Assembly (NCBI GenBank): GCA_964106915.2
Contig: OZ066917.1
Direction: 5' to 3' (one strand)
Source: Podarcis gaigeae
Lineage: Eukaryota
Length of the DNA: 64,000 nucleotides
In this document: one piece after another, positions 38,696 to 50,704 of the stretch
How the letters are laid out: every line of letters begins with the position of its first letter
Position numbering within the stretch: position 1 is the first letter of the stretch
Made by a program: the position numbers and the translations under genes
Notes under the pieces: generated by a model
The model's input: only the letters and a program-made list of their open reading frames with translations
What the model was told of the DNA's origin: nothing
Database searches by the model: none

Positions 38696-38778
38696 CTCTC
38701 CCACCCTGCTCTGTACAGGAGTGTTTGGGTGGAGAATTGGAGTCAGGGTAAATGTGCGGACACACATGTAAAAGCATC
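38696..38778 (-). other. BCL9: Putative BCL9 5'UTR exon (83 nt)
   Basis: Acceptor CTTCTTTTATTCCTTGTATACTTGGCAG| and consensus donor GAG|GTAAGT. Confidence 0.65.
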
Positions 38779-41700
38779 CTGCCAAGTATACAAGGAATAA
38801 AAGAAGTGACTAAACTGTAGTCCAGATCCAGCACAGCAAACTGCAGAAGTTGCCCACCAACTCCTTTGACCTGGAGTAATGAGTGACTAGGGAAACCCAG
38901 ACAGATGGGCAGGGTATGAATAATAAATTATTATATTATTATAATATAAAGGACTCTGCCTGCTATTTAAGAGACTGATCTCTGAAGCACTTTATCTCCC
39001 CCTCTCAGTGCTGTGGAGCTCTGCCTTGGAAATAGGGGAAAGGGCTGTGTGCACGCTAGCATGTCGGAGAGTGTGCTCGGTGTGCACACTAAGTATGCAC
39101 AGGGCATTACCACGGCTGGCATGTGGCCCTCAAGACGGGTGGCTAACCAACAATGCAGCCCTCAGGTGAAAAATATATTGGCCACTGGATGTGCTATTTT
39201 CATTCAAAATCTTGGAGAAGATGCAGCTATATTAAGCCACTCTCTCTTATGAATCAAAATCCCTGGTTTGCGACAGGTTAAAATTACATCATGCAAACTT
39301 TGGAAGTTGCAGGTTTCCTTTATGGCAGACAAAGAATAAAGGATCTACAGCACACAAAGAGAAGAAATATTCTCTCCCACTCAGTGTACCTCTTTTCTCA
39401 GATGATTAAGAGAGTTTGAGTTGGGCAGAAGCAGCTGTTAAGAATACTGGATGATGAATGGCCAAGGGTTGATATCTCTGACATACAATGTCCTATGATA
39501 AAGATCTATAAGCAGAGACTTCAGTCAATAGTTCAATAAAAAATACATTATGACAGACACACACACACACACACACCCTGGTCTGCAAATGCTCAAAGTC
39601 CATGTTACACAGTTCCCATACAGTTCTTTAACATCCACAAAATATACCAATGAGGTACGTAGACTTGGAAGTGTAGTCTATATGATCTGTTTTCCAAGTA
39701 TGTGGCAGTTTAATTGCTTCTGCAACACAGTCTCCTTCAGAGGACATTAATACACATCTCCAATACTGACTTTTCAAGAATAAAGGGCTTTTAGAAGACC
39801 TATAAAAGAAAAATGATAGCAGAGGAATGTAAAGGTGGCAGCACACAGGGAAGAATGCAACAGGTTTCTCTCCATCTTGGCAGCTCACTATGCAGTTTCA
39901 ATGCAGAAGGTGTACACAACAGGTACTTTAAATCTAAAACTGTAATTTTGCCTGCTCCCACAAGATAGATATTCCATTTAAGGTATTCCATTTAAAAAAA
40001 AAGAATATGCAAGTTTTCAAGTTACAGAATTTGTCGCACCATGTAATCATAGCTTGTATGCAGTAGAGATGTTAGCTTGGTGAAAAATGCAAGTAATGTA
40101 GGGATCTGTGTGTTTCTTAACCATGCAACTGTGTGTTCCAGTTGTGCCTGGTTGGCAGGACGGTGCGGAGAAGAGAAAGCTGGAACCTTAAGATCCTAAT
40201 GGCACAATGGAACCAAGTCTACACAAAAGTAAGTCTGACTGAATCCAGTAGGGCTTATTCCCAGTTAAGTAGGACTAGGATTGCAGCCTAAATCCCCTAT
40301 GATGAGAGATATTGAAGAAATGTGCATATCAGGAATGCTTTGATTTCATTTCCTTGCAGTTCCCCCACCAAAAACCAGTCTCTCCCAAGGTTCAGGAATT
40401 GTGGGTGGAGGTCTTGAGGAGGAAGGAAAATCCCTGAAAATCAAGAGGAGGCACCTACTCCAAAGTAGAAAGATACCTCCACTCTTATTATGGGGCATTC
40501 CTTCCTCCTCAGCCTCCTCATCCCACAGCTTATTGCATTCAGCAGGGTAGGAAAGCCTGTTTCCTCTAAACCTGTTCCACAGGCTTTTCTCTGGATTCAT
40601 CCCACCACCCCTTTTCAATTTCTGTGCATTAACGTCAATGCTCCCCTTTAACTGGGAAACTGGAAAGAACATCAGATGTGATGCAAGCAATGGCCATTAC
40701 AGGGACAAGAATCAAGACTACTGGCTTGCACTGCTGTAGCTAGCATGTGATCCGATGCCCGAGAGTTAGAGCAGAGATAAATGAAGACCATGGCCAGGAT
40801 TTAAATCATTGAGAAGATTCATTCATTTATTTTAGAAATATCTATCTTGTGCCAATTACCATAACTTAAGGCTTTTGTTAACACTTGGCAACGATCTCAA
40901 CATTGCTCAGATACTTTGCACATATTTTCTTTATGATTTAAAATTTATAGAATTGATTTGTGAAGCACAATTGTCTGTATGTTGATGCAATGTAACTTTA
41001 AAAATTGAACAGTAAACAATATGCACAGACAATTCCATCATTCACATTTAAAAATCACTAAAAATAATTAAAGAGTACCTTGAGCTTAAAAAAATAATTC
41101 AAGTGAAGATGTTTTTGCCTGTTGAAGGATAAATACAAACAGGTTTTCAAAGCTAGTGGTTAGAACACCAATATAAATAAGATCAGTTGTCTGAACAGGT
41201 GGATAACTTTGACAGTTTCAGCCATGGTCTGCTTCAAACTGCCTGCCCTAGAGATAGATAAAATTTTGAGTCTTTGACATACTAGAGGCACTAGCCAACA
41301 CTTACTGTCCAATAGGCTGAGAATAGATGGGTGGACTCAACACCACCTATAAAAGGAAGTCCTTGGACATTCAACTAATCCCTGTGACTACAGTATTTAA
41401 AACAATTGCAATATCAAAAGAGGTAAATTATCTAATTAACAGATATAGTCTCTTGCCCTAGCTTTAAACATCAGCAGTTTCTTCGAAGTTTCAAGTTGAT
41501 GGTGAACAGTCTCCCACCCCACTGTTTTCACAGGTGTTTCTGCTGCTTGGATAGCCAGTCACTTATCTTACTGTAATGTACAGATGCTATGGTTGTGTTC
41601 AACAGCTTCCCGCAACTGCTACTGATTTAGTGCTAAAGATAAACAAAGGATACAAATTTTCAAGCTGGCTTCTGCAAGCATCCTGGGGGACTCTGTGGTT

Positions 41701-43684
41701 TGGACTTTACTACCTCTGCCAACCCTACCAATTTCCCAGTCTGCCATTTGAACTGACAGGGATCTGCAGTTCCTTCTGTGATTTGTGGGATCTGGGTGCG
41801 ATGAACCAGCATACCCAACACCCAAAACCCCTCCAACTGGAAGGGAGCCAACTTTTAGCCTGAGGGGTGTGTGATACTACACACCAGTTGTGCCTTGTAT
41901 CATTCTTCTGCTTGTACATAGTTTAGAGCACCCACGAAAGATGGGGGAAACAAAAGAGCCAAACAAATCTTATCGTTCACATTGTAGGACTGTCAGTCTG
42001 AATTCTCATCTACTTCCATATTCAGATGTTACATTCAATGACCAGACTAAGATCATTCTTTTAGTCCAGATGGATAATTTGCTATAAGGCACTTTAACAT
42101 GGATATTTAAGCAAATAAATTTGTGTGTTAAAGGTTCAGAGGCCCCAAACCTCAAAATAACAAAAGGAGTTCCTTATGCAAGGATATTTGACTTTCCTAA
42201 GAAGATATGGATATGAGACCCATACCAAAGATTAAGCCATATGGTAAGGACATGTACCCTCAAGGTAAATATTAACTAGCCTAACATCTGCTAAAGGAAA
42301 TACTGTCTTGAGAGCTACTGCTGAAGTTCTTCATCAAATCTTAAAACCCAATTATAAAACATTTTCAAATAACTAGCAGAATAAGCTGTGTTAAGACAAC
42401 ATTTGCACTGTTCCCTTTGTCAAAGGGTTCCAGTTTCTTCAGTAAGGAAACCTAACAGCAGAATGTTATCTTTGCAACCAGTAAGAGCACTACAGCTTCT
42501 TTAAATGCCATCCTACCCTCAAATACATTTACAATATATTTGGGGGAAAGTAGACTCAATATCCATCCCTTGCTTATTAGTGCTTTAAATGTTGAGAATA
42601 GCAGGATCAATTTCATATGGGGGTGGGGGAGAAAAGAATGATTTTCTCCCCCCCCCCCCCAGCTTAGAGTGGCTTATTGAAAGATCCTACAAGGTATTTT
42701 GAATAAACACTCTGAATTATACATTAATGAAGAGGTACAAAATTTAGCTGAAGTTCAGTGAAATCACATTCTTCCCGAGACTGAAAATTTGTCCATCAAC
42801 AGTCAACCTCCTAAAATTCTGTATCAAAAGTGTGCTGTGATAACTATTACACATTATGTTGAAGTCTTCTCACTGCTATAGCTGGAAGATGTTGCACACA
42901 AGTTCTTGGCCAAGAATAAGCAATTTCAATCCATACAAAACAGACGTGACAATAGCTCCAACTTGGTAACAAGACATATAAATACCTTGTGGTCTAGTGT
43001 GCCTGTTTAAATTACAGGTGAACAGCAGTAAAAGAGCAGTGTAAGAATGTCTGAAAATCCGCAAGTAGAATTTGAAATCAGAAAGTTCACAATATGCTTC
43101 CTTCATACCTATAGCTGATATGTTAATTATAAGCAGTACCATAATAAATATCCTCTTTTGGATTATGTGAGAACTGACTTCTTAAACTGGCCTAATAGTG
43201 GGCTTTCCTGTAACCGTAAGAACAAGCTATATTCTAAAACTGGGATGGAGAACCTATTGCTCTTCAGATGCTGCTGGCACGGCCAATGGTCATGGCTGGT
43301 CCAACAAAAGTTTTGAAAGGCCACAGGTTGCCCATCCTTGATTAAAATTAAAAGAGCAAGTATGTAACACTGGACTGGTTTGCATGACACTGTAATCTGA
43401 AATATGGCTTAGCAGGGACCATGCAAGCATGCAGACTCCCAGAGGGGATCTTGCAGGCACTTTACTGCTCCCCAGTCTCATGGCATGTTGAGCTAAGCCA
43501 AAGTTTGGCTTAGTGTGTCACCTGAACCCAGGCTCATGGTTATATTTTCTCCTCATTATCAACGAGCTGGAGCCAGCAGCAGATTTCTGCTTAACTCAGT
43601 ATGGCACAGGAGCAAAAAGGACCAGGGAACAGCAAATTGGGGTGTGAGCTCCTATACATTCACACAATCCCAGTACACCATAGT

Positions 43685-43941
43685 CAAAACAAAAAAAATT
43701 CCTTCCAGTAGCACCTTAAAGACCAACTAAGTCAGTTCTTGGTATGAGCTTTCGTGTGCATGCACGTTTCTTCAGATACCTTTTTTTTTTTTTTTGATGG
43801 ACTTCCATTTCCGTATCTGAAGAAGTGTGCATGCACACGAAAGCTCATACCAAGAACTGACTTAGTTAGTCTTTAAGGTGCTACTGGAAGGAATTTTTTT
43901 TGTTTTAACTATGGCAGACCAACACGGCTACCTATCTGTAA
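43685..43941. mobile_element. Penelope-like element ends in inverted orientation, carrying hammerhead ribozyme motifs
   Basis: Inverted arms of about 100 bp around a T-rich spacer. Direct repeat CCAGTACACCATAGT at 43670-43684 and 43942-43956. CTGAAGA...GAAA cores on both strands. Confidence 0.75.
43813..43850 (+). ncRNA. Minimal type I hammerhead ribozyme motif (PLE-associated)
   Basis: GTAT-CTGAAGA-A-GTGTG(CATG)CACAC-GAAA-GC-TC-ATAC. Stem I is GUAU/AUAC, stem II is intact, and a palindromic AGCU stands in for helix III. Confidence 0.65.
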
Positions 43942-44430
43942 CCAGTACACCATAGTTTGGCTTACCGAATTGTTGTGCAAACCAAGCCACTGTCTCACAT
44001 AAGAACATACAAAGCTGCTTTATATCAATTCAAACTACTGGTTCACTAGGCAGTGCCATCTATTACAACTGAAAGACACACTATATCCTCAAGGAGAAAG
44101 TCTTTCCCTGGTTATTTTAAATCTGGAGATGCTACAGGCAGAACCTGGGGTCTTCTACATGTACCACCGGGTACAATGCAAGCTTTGGTAACAGAAAAAC
44201 CAGCCAAATGTGCATCCCCCATTTGTGGTACTAACTCCACAGGCACTAGTGAGCGACACATTAGAGCACACCATGTTTCTCAGCAAATATCAATGTTATC
44301 CTAAAACACAGCAACTGAAGACAAAACACAGTGCATTTCCAACAGATTAGCATGCAAATGAAGGTTCTTTGGAAACAGAGAACTACAAGTCAAGATATAA
44401 AATTCTATAAGGAAGAAAAGTGTATCTTAC

Positions 44431-44517
44431 CATGATCGGAATATTAAACAAAGTACAGCATCAGTTCTGGGTATCTTTGAGCAGTTTGTCTCACAAACAC
44501 GTCCAGCATTTAGTTGT
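44431..44517 (-). other. BCL9: Putative BCL9 5'UTR exon (87 nt)
   Basis: Acceptor CCTGTATCTTTTTCTCCTAG| and donor ATG|GTAAGA. Confidence 0.65.
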
Positions 44518-47099
44518 CTAGGAGAAAAAGATACAGGAATGTAGTAGGTATCTCTACTGAACATAAAAGCTATGACTCACTACAGATGTTTAGAGCTGTA
44601 TAAACAGTGGAGTCAAAGTTTCTTTTCACAGCAGCTGAATCCTGAAGTATCAATATTCTGCTTATGGTTCTGTGATCAAGAAAACCGATTTCGTAACTGG
44701 GACTAACTTGTGCACATTAACCAAGAAAGCCCAGGTTAACTTTGTCATACTCATGTAGTAAAGATCAAGAAGATAGACTTTTACTTTTATTTTTTGGTAA
44801 GGAATTTAAGGGAAGTGATTTTAGATTCCTAGACAACAGCACTAAGTTTCAGCTGCCAAGCCCTGGGCTACACTGTTTTCAAAGCCCCACCTTCAGCTAC
44901 TAGATGTTCTGCCATTATCATTTCTCATTTCTAAGCTTTTTGTACATAAGTTTTATTCACAACCACAGGAAAACTTGCTTTGGCTAAAATAAAATGCAAG
45001 CACTCTCACTGTAAAGGGAAGCAATGTAATCTAAGCAACATTTCATGCTGTAATCTTGGCCACACGGGTATCTAAGCCTCACATATGCCCTGGTTCTGAT
45101 AGTATGGCTAAACCATGGTTTGGCTCTTAGGGCTCTGCCCTGGGTTCACAGACTCTCCTCTCTCTGGGGCTCCAATTATCTCCTCCACTTTCCAGTTTAT
45201 GGAAACCACAAAAGAAGAATATTGCTTAAAGTGGGGAGAGAAGAAAACACCCATGTGCAACCCGAAGTCTAGAAATCTTAGCTGGTCTTGCTAGTCAACT
45301 TGGTCACCAAGACTTTTCTCCTCTTCTCTATGCAAGGTCAAGAAAAATCCCCTGCTCCTCAGACCTGCAAATATAAATGTAGCTCAGGTGTGGGGCTGTT
45401 CCTGCACTTTGGCCTTCAGCCCCAGCCCAGATTTGCAGAAATCAGGGATGATTCCTACAGTTGTAGAAGCCCAAGATGCACACAGCACCATCAGTAGTCC
45501 GGCCTAACCTCTAGAATGATCCTCCTTCCCCCTGATAGCCACTGTGGAGAAGTTGTTTGATTCAGAGTAGAATTGCGACTCTGTTCAACAACCCACCTCA
45601 ATCAGCCAATACCTGTTTCTCCACTTAACTATATCTGTGAAACCATGTAGGGTTAGGGAAATAAAGTGGGATATAAATACAAAATAGATATCTAGAGCTT
45701 GTTCATGCACTAAGAGCACTTTGGAAGCCAAGGGACAAAGAGACAAACCCAAATAATCCTTTCTAGATATGGAGAAGGGTGCAATAATGTTCCCTTTTCC
45801 TTACTCTGCTCCATGTAATTCTATAGTCCAGCATAACTGTGGAGACATATCCATGTTCCACCAGTAGGGCCAAGAGATTTATTATCCTCCGCAGAGGATG
45901 ATGGACCATTCAACATGAGCAGTGATGTTATGGCCCCCTATAGGCAGTTTCTTTCAAGAGATCTCAAGATACGGTAGTTTCAATCAGCACCCCCCATCCT
46001 CCCAAAAAACCAAAAAGACTAGTAACTTCTGCTAGGAAAAAATAATTCAGCTCCTGGAAAGAGCTTTCTCAAAACATTTTCACAAAAGGAACATGCCTTC
46101 AAAGGGAGTGATCCTGGAGCTATCGTAGAAAAGGTCCTCCCCACCAGTCTCTTAAAAGAGGGCCTGTTCAACAAGTCAACTATCACCCAGAAAACCTTAA
46201 ACTACCACAAAATAATTATGAAGGAGGCTTCAACTGTACCTCCTTCAACCAAACAAGCCAACACTCCTCTACATCTTAATCCTCTTCACTGAAAGGAATA
46301 TTTATTTATTTTTAACTTAACTTATAGACCACAATAAAAAAATACCTAAGAGGTCCACACAGTGGAAACTGAATTCCTCTCATGAGGGACACACAAGTAA
46401 ATGAAAGGGAAACTGGCCTCTCTCACTGACCATCCCTTTAAAATAGATAAAATAATATAAAATAATACCCTCTACTTTTCAAAATCCTGACAGCTTCATA
46501 CAAGCCCATATCAAAAAGTCATGGGTAGACCCACTCTGAGCACCATCACCTCCAGCAGGCAAACATCAGCTCTCACCAAAAGGTCTCTTACACAGACCAG
46601 AAAACAAACCCCTTCTCTTCCAACACATAGGTAAGACTGACACATTACTTAACTAACTAGTCAGCAGTCAATTGACTATGTATTATTTAACCATGGTCAA
46701 ATATTTTCAATATTCCACAAAACAATGATGCTTGAAAATTTGGCCAGCTGCTTATTTAGCACAGCTGTCTTTTTTTGGGGGGGGGGGGAATTTTGTTTAA
46801 TAGTTGCTACTATATGGTTTTATTTCTGTCTTCATTTTTTTGAAGTACTGCAACTTCAGGTTGGCTGTTCCAGGATAAAGGCCCAAGAGAACTTTTCCGT
46901 GAATTGCACGCAATTGTAAAAATGTTGCCTAATAACATTAAGTTATACTTTACATGAACAGGTCCTTACTAAAGCTGGTATAAAAAGTGGCAGCCAAGAT
47001 CCATTTCACACAGCAAACCAAAATGACACGTATTCCCACACTAACCGGCCAGTGCCTTGAGAATTCTGCTGAAGCCCTTCCAGGTGCCCCCATCAGTGG

Positions 47100-47805
47100 T
47101 GAAGGCATGTTAGGGGTCAGTGGGAAAGGGATTGAAAAGAAAGCTGCCAATACTGTGGTGCCTTTCTGTGGTGTAACCACATTTGGATAACTCTGTACAA
47201 CTCTCGTCGCTGCATCTCAAGGAAGATATTGTAGAGTTGGGCAAGGTGAAGAAAAGAGCCACAAAAATTACCAGAGTGCTACAGCAAGACACCTATAAGG
47301 AACAGCTACAACATTTGAACCCAGTTGGTAGTGGAGTGGTGGAAGAGTAAGGCAGGCATGATAAAAGTGTAATAAAATTAAGCACCAAGTAGAGGAAGTG
47401 AATAGAGAGAAGTTTTTCCTTCTTCTCTCATAATACTAAAAGCAAGGGTCATCCAATGAAGCTGAGAGATTCAGGACAGACAAAGAAAAGGACTTCTTCA
47501 CAAAGAACAGAGTTAAACTTTGGAATTCACTGCAACAAGATGTATTAATGACTACCAATTTAGAGTTTTAATTAGTTTTATCTGCCATGAATTTGTCTCC
47601 CAAGGGTTACTAATCATGATGGCTACTTAGGAGCTCCAGGATCAGAGGCAGCAAGCCACTGAATACCAGTATCAGAAGAGCGGAGAGTGCTTTTCTGTTC
47701 ATATCCTACTTTTGGGACTCTGGGAGGCATTTAGTTGGCCACTGTGAGAAATCAGATGCTGGATTAGACAGGCCTTTGAACTAAAGGGCTCTTCTTCTGT
47801 TCTTA
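47100..47805 (+). mobile_element. Degenerate CR1 LINE 3' portion
   Basis: Remnants of the PHLxYxVQ..PHLK.DIVELGKV.KRATK RT C-terminus. Ends with a TTCTTCTGTTCTT tail. Confidence 0.7.
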
Positions 47806-50251
47806 CTCAATCACAAAGGAGTTTGCTTTTTCAGCATTGGCACCCCATTTATGGAATGTTGTCCCTAAAGTGGTTTGGCATGGCACCTATGCTGCACTCT
47901 TTTCAGCACCAGGCAAAAGTTTTACTCAGCCAGGCATTTAAATTGGCTTTATTTCTAGTTCTGCTTTTAGGGGTTCTATTTGATATCATCTTCTAGTTGT
48001 CTCTCATACTACAATATAATTTGATTATACACTGCCTTAATATCCAACCAGGATAAAGGATGGTATTTAAATGTGTCCATATGTATGTATGTATACTTCT
48101 CTTAAATAATTAGATTAATATTCAGTTATGTATTATCCACATGCTTGTCCTATAGTTCAGACTGCAATACTATGGTCTCTTGGAGGGCATCTGAGGGGCC
48201 TTAGGATAGATCAGATCTACCTCTCCAACATGAGAGCGAGAGATCCAATGTTGAGGCCTTCTTATTTAACTGCAATGAGTCTTCCAGCATTCTGGCCCAA
48301 CCAACATCCAACACTGGATGGTCCAAGAAGGAATATGGAGGGAAGGAGCTGGGATCCTGAGTCCTCCCAGTCTCCTGTCACACACCCAAACCAGGTTTAT
48401 TTATTTAAGTAACACTTCTGAACATGTTTAAATCTCTTCTTCCACTCCCTCTAACAAAAATGGAAAGGGAAATGTCAAAACAGAAAAACACAGCAGGAAA
48501 TGGACGGAAGAACCCAAAGGCCTTCCACCACTCTCGCTTTCATCCTGCTAGCTCAACTCGCAGGATTTTCAATTAAGGCAGTTGACTCTCCTTTGGATTT
48601 TGCTCCTCCCCTAACATTAGGGTTGCAGTCTTAATCACTAAAGCAAATCAATGTATCTTCCAGATACAGCAAGTTAAAGGATTCTTCTCTATGTAAATGA
48701 AGAAATGATTTGCTCATTTATCAGATATGAATACTTGCTCGAAACACAAGCTTATGTTCACCTGGTGAAAATAAGTTTCCCTTGTCTGTCCAGTTACTAT
48801 CAAATCTTGTATTTTTTTGTTTTTAGGATGGTGGAGCTAGCCCAAGGCAGAATGAAACAGAAAGGAGCAATACTGGAAAAAAGAAGAAAAGGAAAAAAAA
48901 TGCCCAGTGTGCAGATTCCCACACTTAGGCTGCCATCCCTAGACTGCTGCTGGGGAGTAAAGGCCTTTGAATGCAATGGGATTTACTTCTGAGTAGATAT
49001 TACAAGACTGCACTGTCTTGTGCAAGACTCAAACTGTTAGGAGAGTTGATTGTAAGACACAACCTAAATTGAATGGTCTCAGTATAGATAAAAAAAAAAA
49101 ACTAAAGCATGCAAAATTTACACATTGTGACAACGTCAATCAAAGGAGGCCTGGTTGTAATAATAAACCACTGAAGATAATATTCTAGTTGTAAATCAAC
49201 GAAGTATACTCATCAGATTTAGGAAATATATCAAGTTGTATATGCCTTGTTCCTTGCTGATTTAAATCAATTTACTCTGTTACTATGTCAGGAAATTAAC
49301 TGGAAGCTCTTGTAGCTCACATGGCTTCCAATTAGTAACCTGGCACAATTTAAGGTTGTTAGTAACCTGGCACAATTACCTACGAAGCAAAAAATAGTAT
49401 GCAGCCAGGTTATTTAATGGAACACATCCACCCACACAAGTCTTCCCAACATTTAGGATAATCATCAGATCCCCTGCTCCATGTCCTTTCCATTCAGATC
49501 CATGGATGGGAGGATGATTGGTGGGGATAGGACAGGGCCTTTTCAGAAGTGGTGTCAAGGCTATATAATTACCTTCCCCAGGAAAACTAGTTGGCTCACA
49601 CTCTCATAATCTTTAGATAGATGATCGATATCTTATTTTAACCTGGTTTTTGAAATCTTTTAACTTTGCATCCTGCTGCCACAAATGATTTATTGATGGG
49701 TTTTAATACTATTTTATTACAATACTTTATGTTTTTAATATATTGTAAGCTCCTGGGGGGGCTCTTTTAACCCAAAACATGAGATATAAATATTCAAATA
49801 TAAACAACTTGCACACAAAAATCAAATGCAAAGAACACAAATCCAATTCCCAAGCTTGGAGCTTATGAAGAAGTGGGAGATTTGTCTCAGCAGCTGCAGA
49901 GTGCTTTGGAGATGTTCTCAGGCCCCTTCCACGAATCTTTTAAGGCCTCTCCTTAGCTCTAAGCAAGGGACCCCATCACTTGAAGCAAGGGCATGGTGAT
50001 AATGTTTGGAAGCCAGAACTTTTTGGGTGGCCACACAAAATTCATATGCCCCTGACAAACTGAACTCCTTTGTTTTTGAAATTAGAAGCCTCAAACTTGT
50101 TGATTACTGAAGTATCATTTTTGTTCTAAAAAGATTAATGCTTACACATACTTGTCAACTATTTAACCAATCACTTTTTAAAGGTCAAGGGGACAACTAT
50201 GATAATGAGATAGCCTATAGTATGCTGTCAGATGAAAGCACAGTAGGCTGT

Positions 50252-50480
50252 GGTAAAGGGAACCCTGACTGTTAAGATCCAGTCGTGGACGACTCTGGGG
50301 TTGCGGCGCTCATCCCGCTTTACTGGCCAAGGGAGCCGGTGTACAGCTTCTGGGTCATATGGCCAGCATGACTAAGCCGCTTCTGGTGAACCAGAGCAGC
50401 GCACGGAAACACCATTTACCTTCCCACTGGAGTGGTACCTATTTATCTACTTGCCATTTGTGCTTTCGAACTGCTAGGCT
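50252..50480 (-). mobile_element. Sauria SINE (5'-truncated)
   Basis: GGTAAAGGG...GACGACTCTGGGGTTGCGGCGCTCATC...GTCATATGGCCAGCATGACTAAGCCGCTTCTGG...GGTACCTATTTATCTACTTGC...GCTTTCGAACTGCTAGG, the typical lacertid Sauria SINE body. Confidence 0.85.
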
Positions 50481-50667
50481 GTGGAGCACCCATCAAGGGT
50501 AACACCATGCCTCAATTCAGCTGCTCACTGTTACCTGGAGGGATTGGGAAGTGCAGAAGCAGAAAAGTTTTAACTTCCTCTAGTCAAAATGAGATGCTAC
50601 TGCTCAGCTAAGAAAGCAACATGACCAGTATTAGTTTGGCAACTCCCTCTTATCAGCAAACATTTCA

Positions 50668-50704
<37 letters not shown>

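Noticed and set aside
49332-49377. 19-bp direct repeat TTAGTAACCTGGCACAATT with a short spacer, and other short tandems
   Set aside because: Only two copies, consistent with a local duplication. It is not CRISPR-like and this is a eukaryotic genome.
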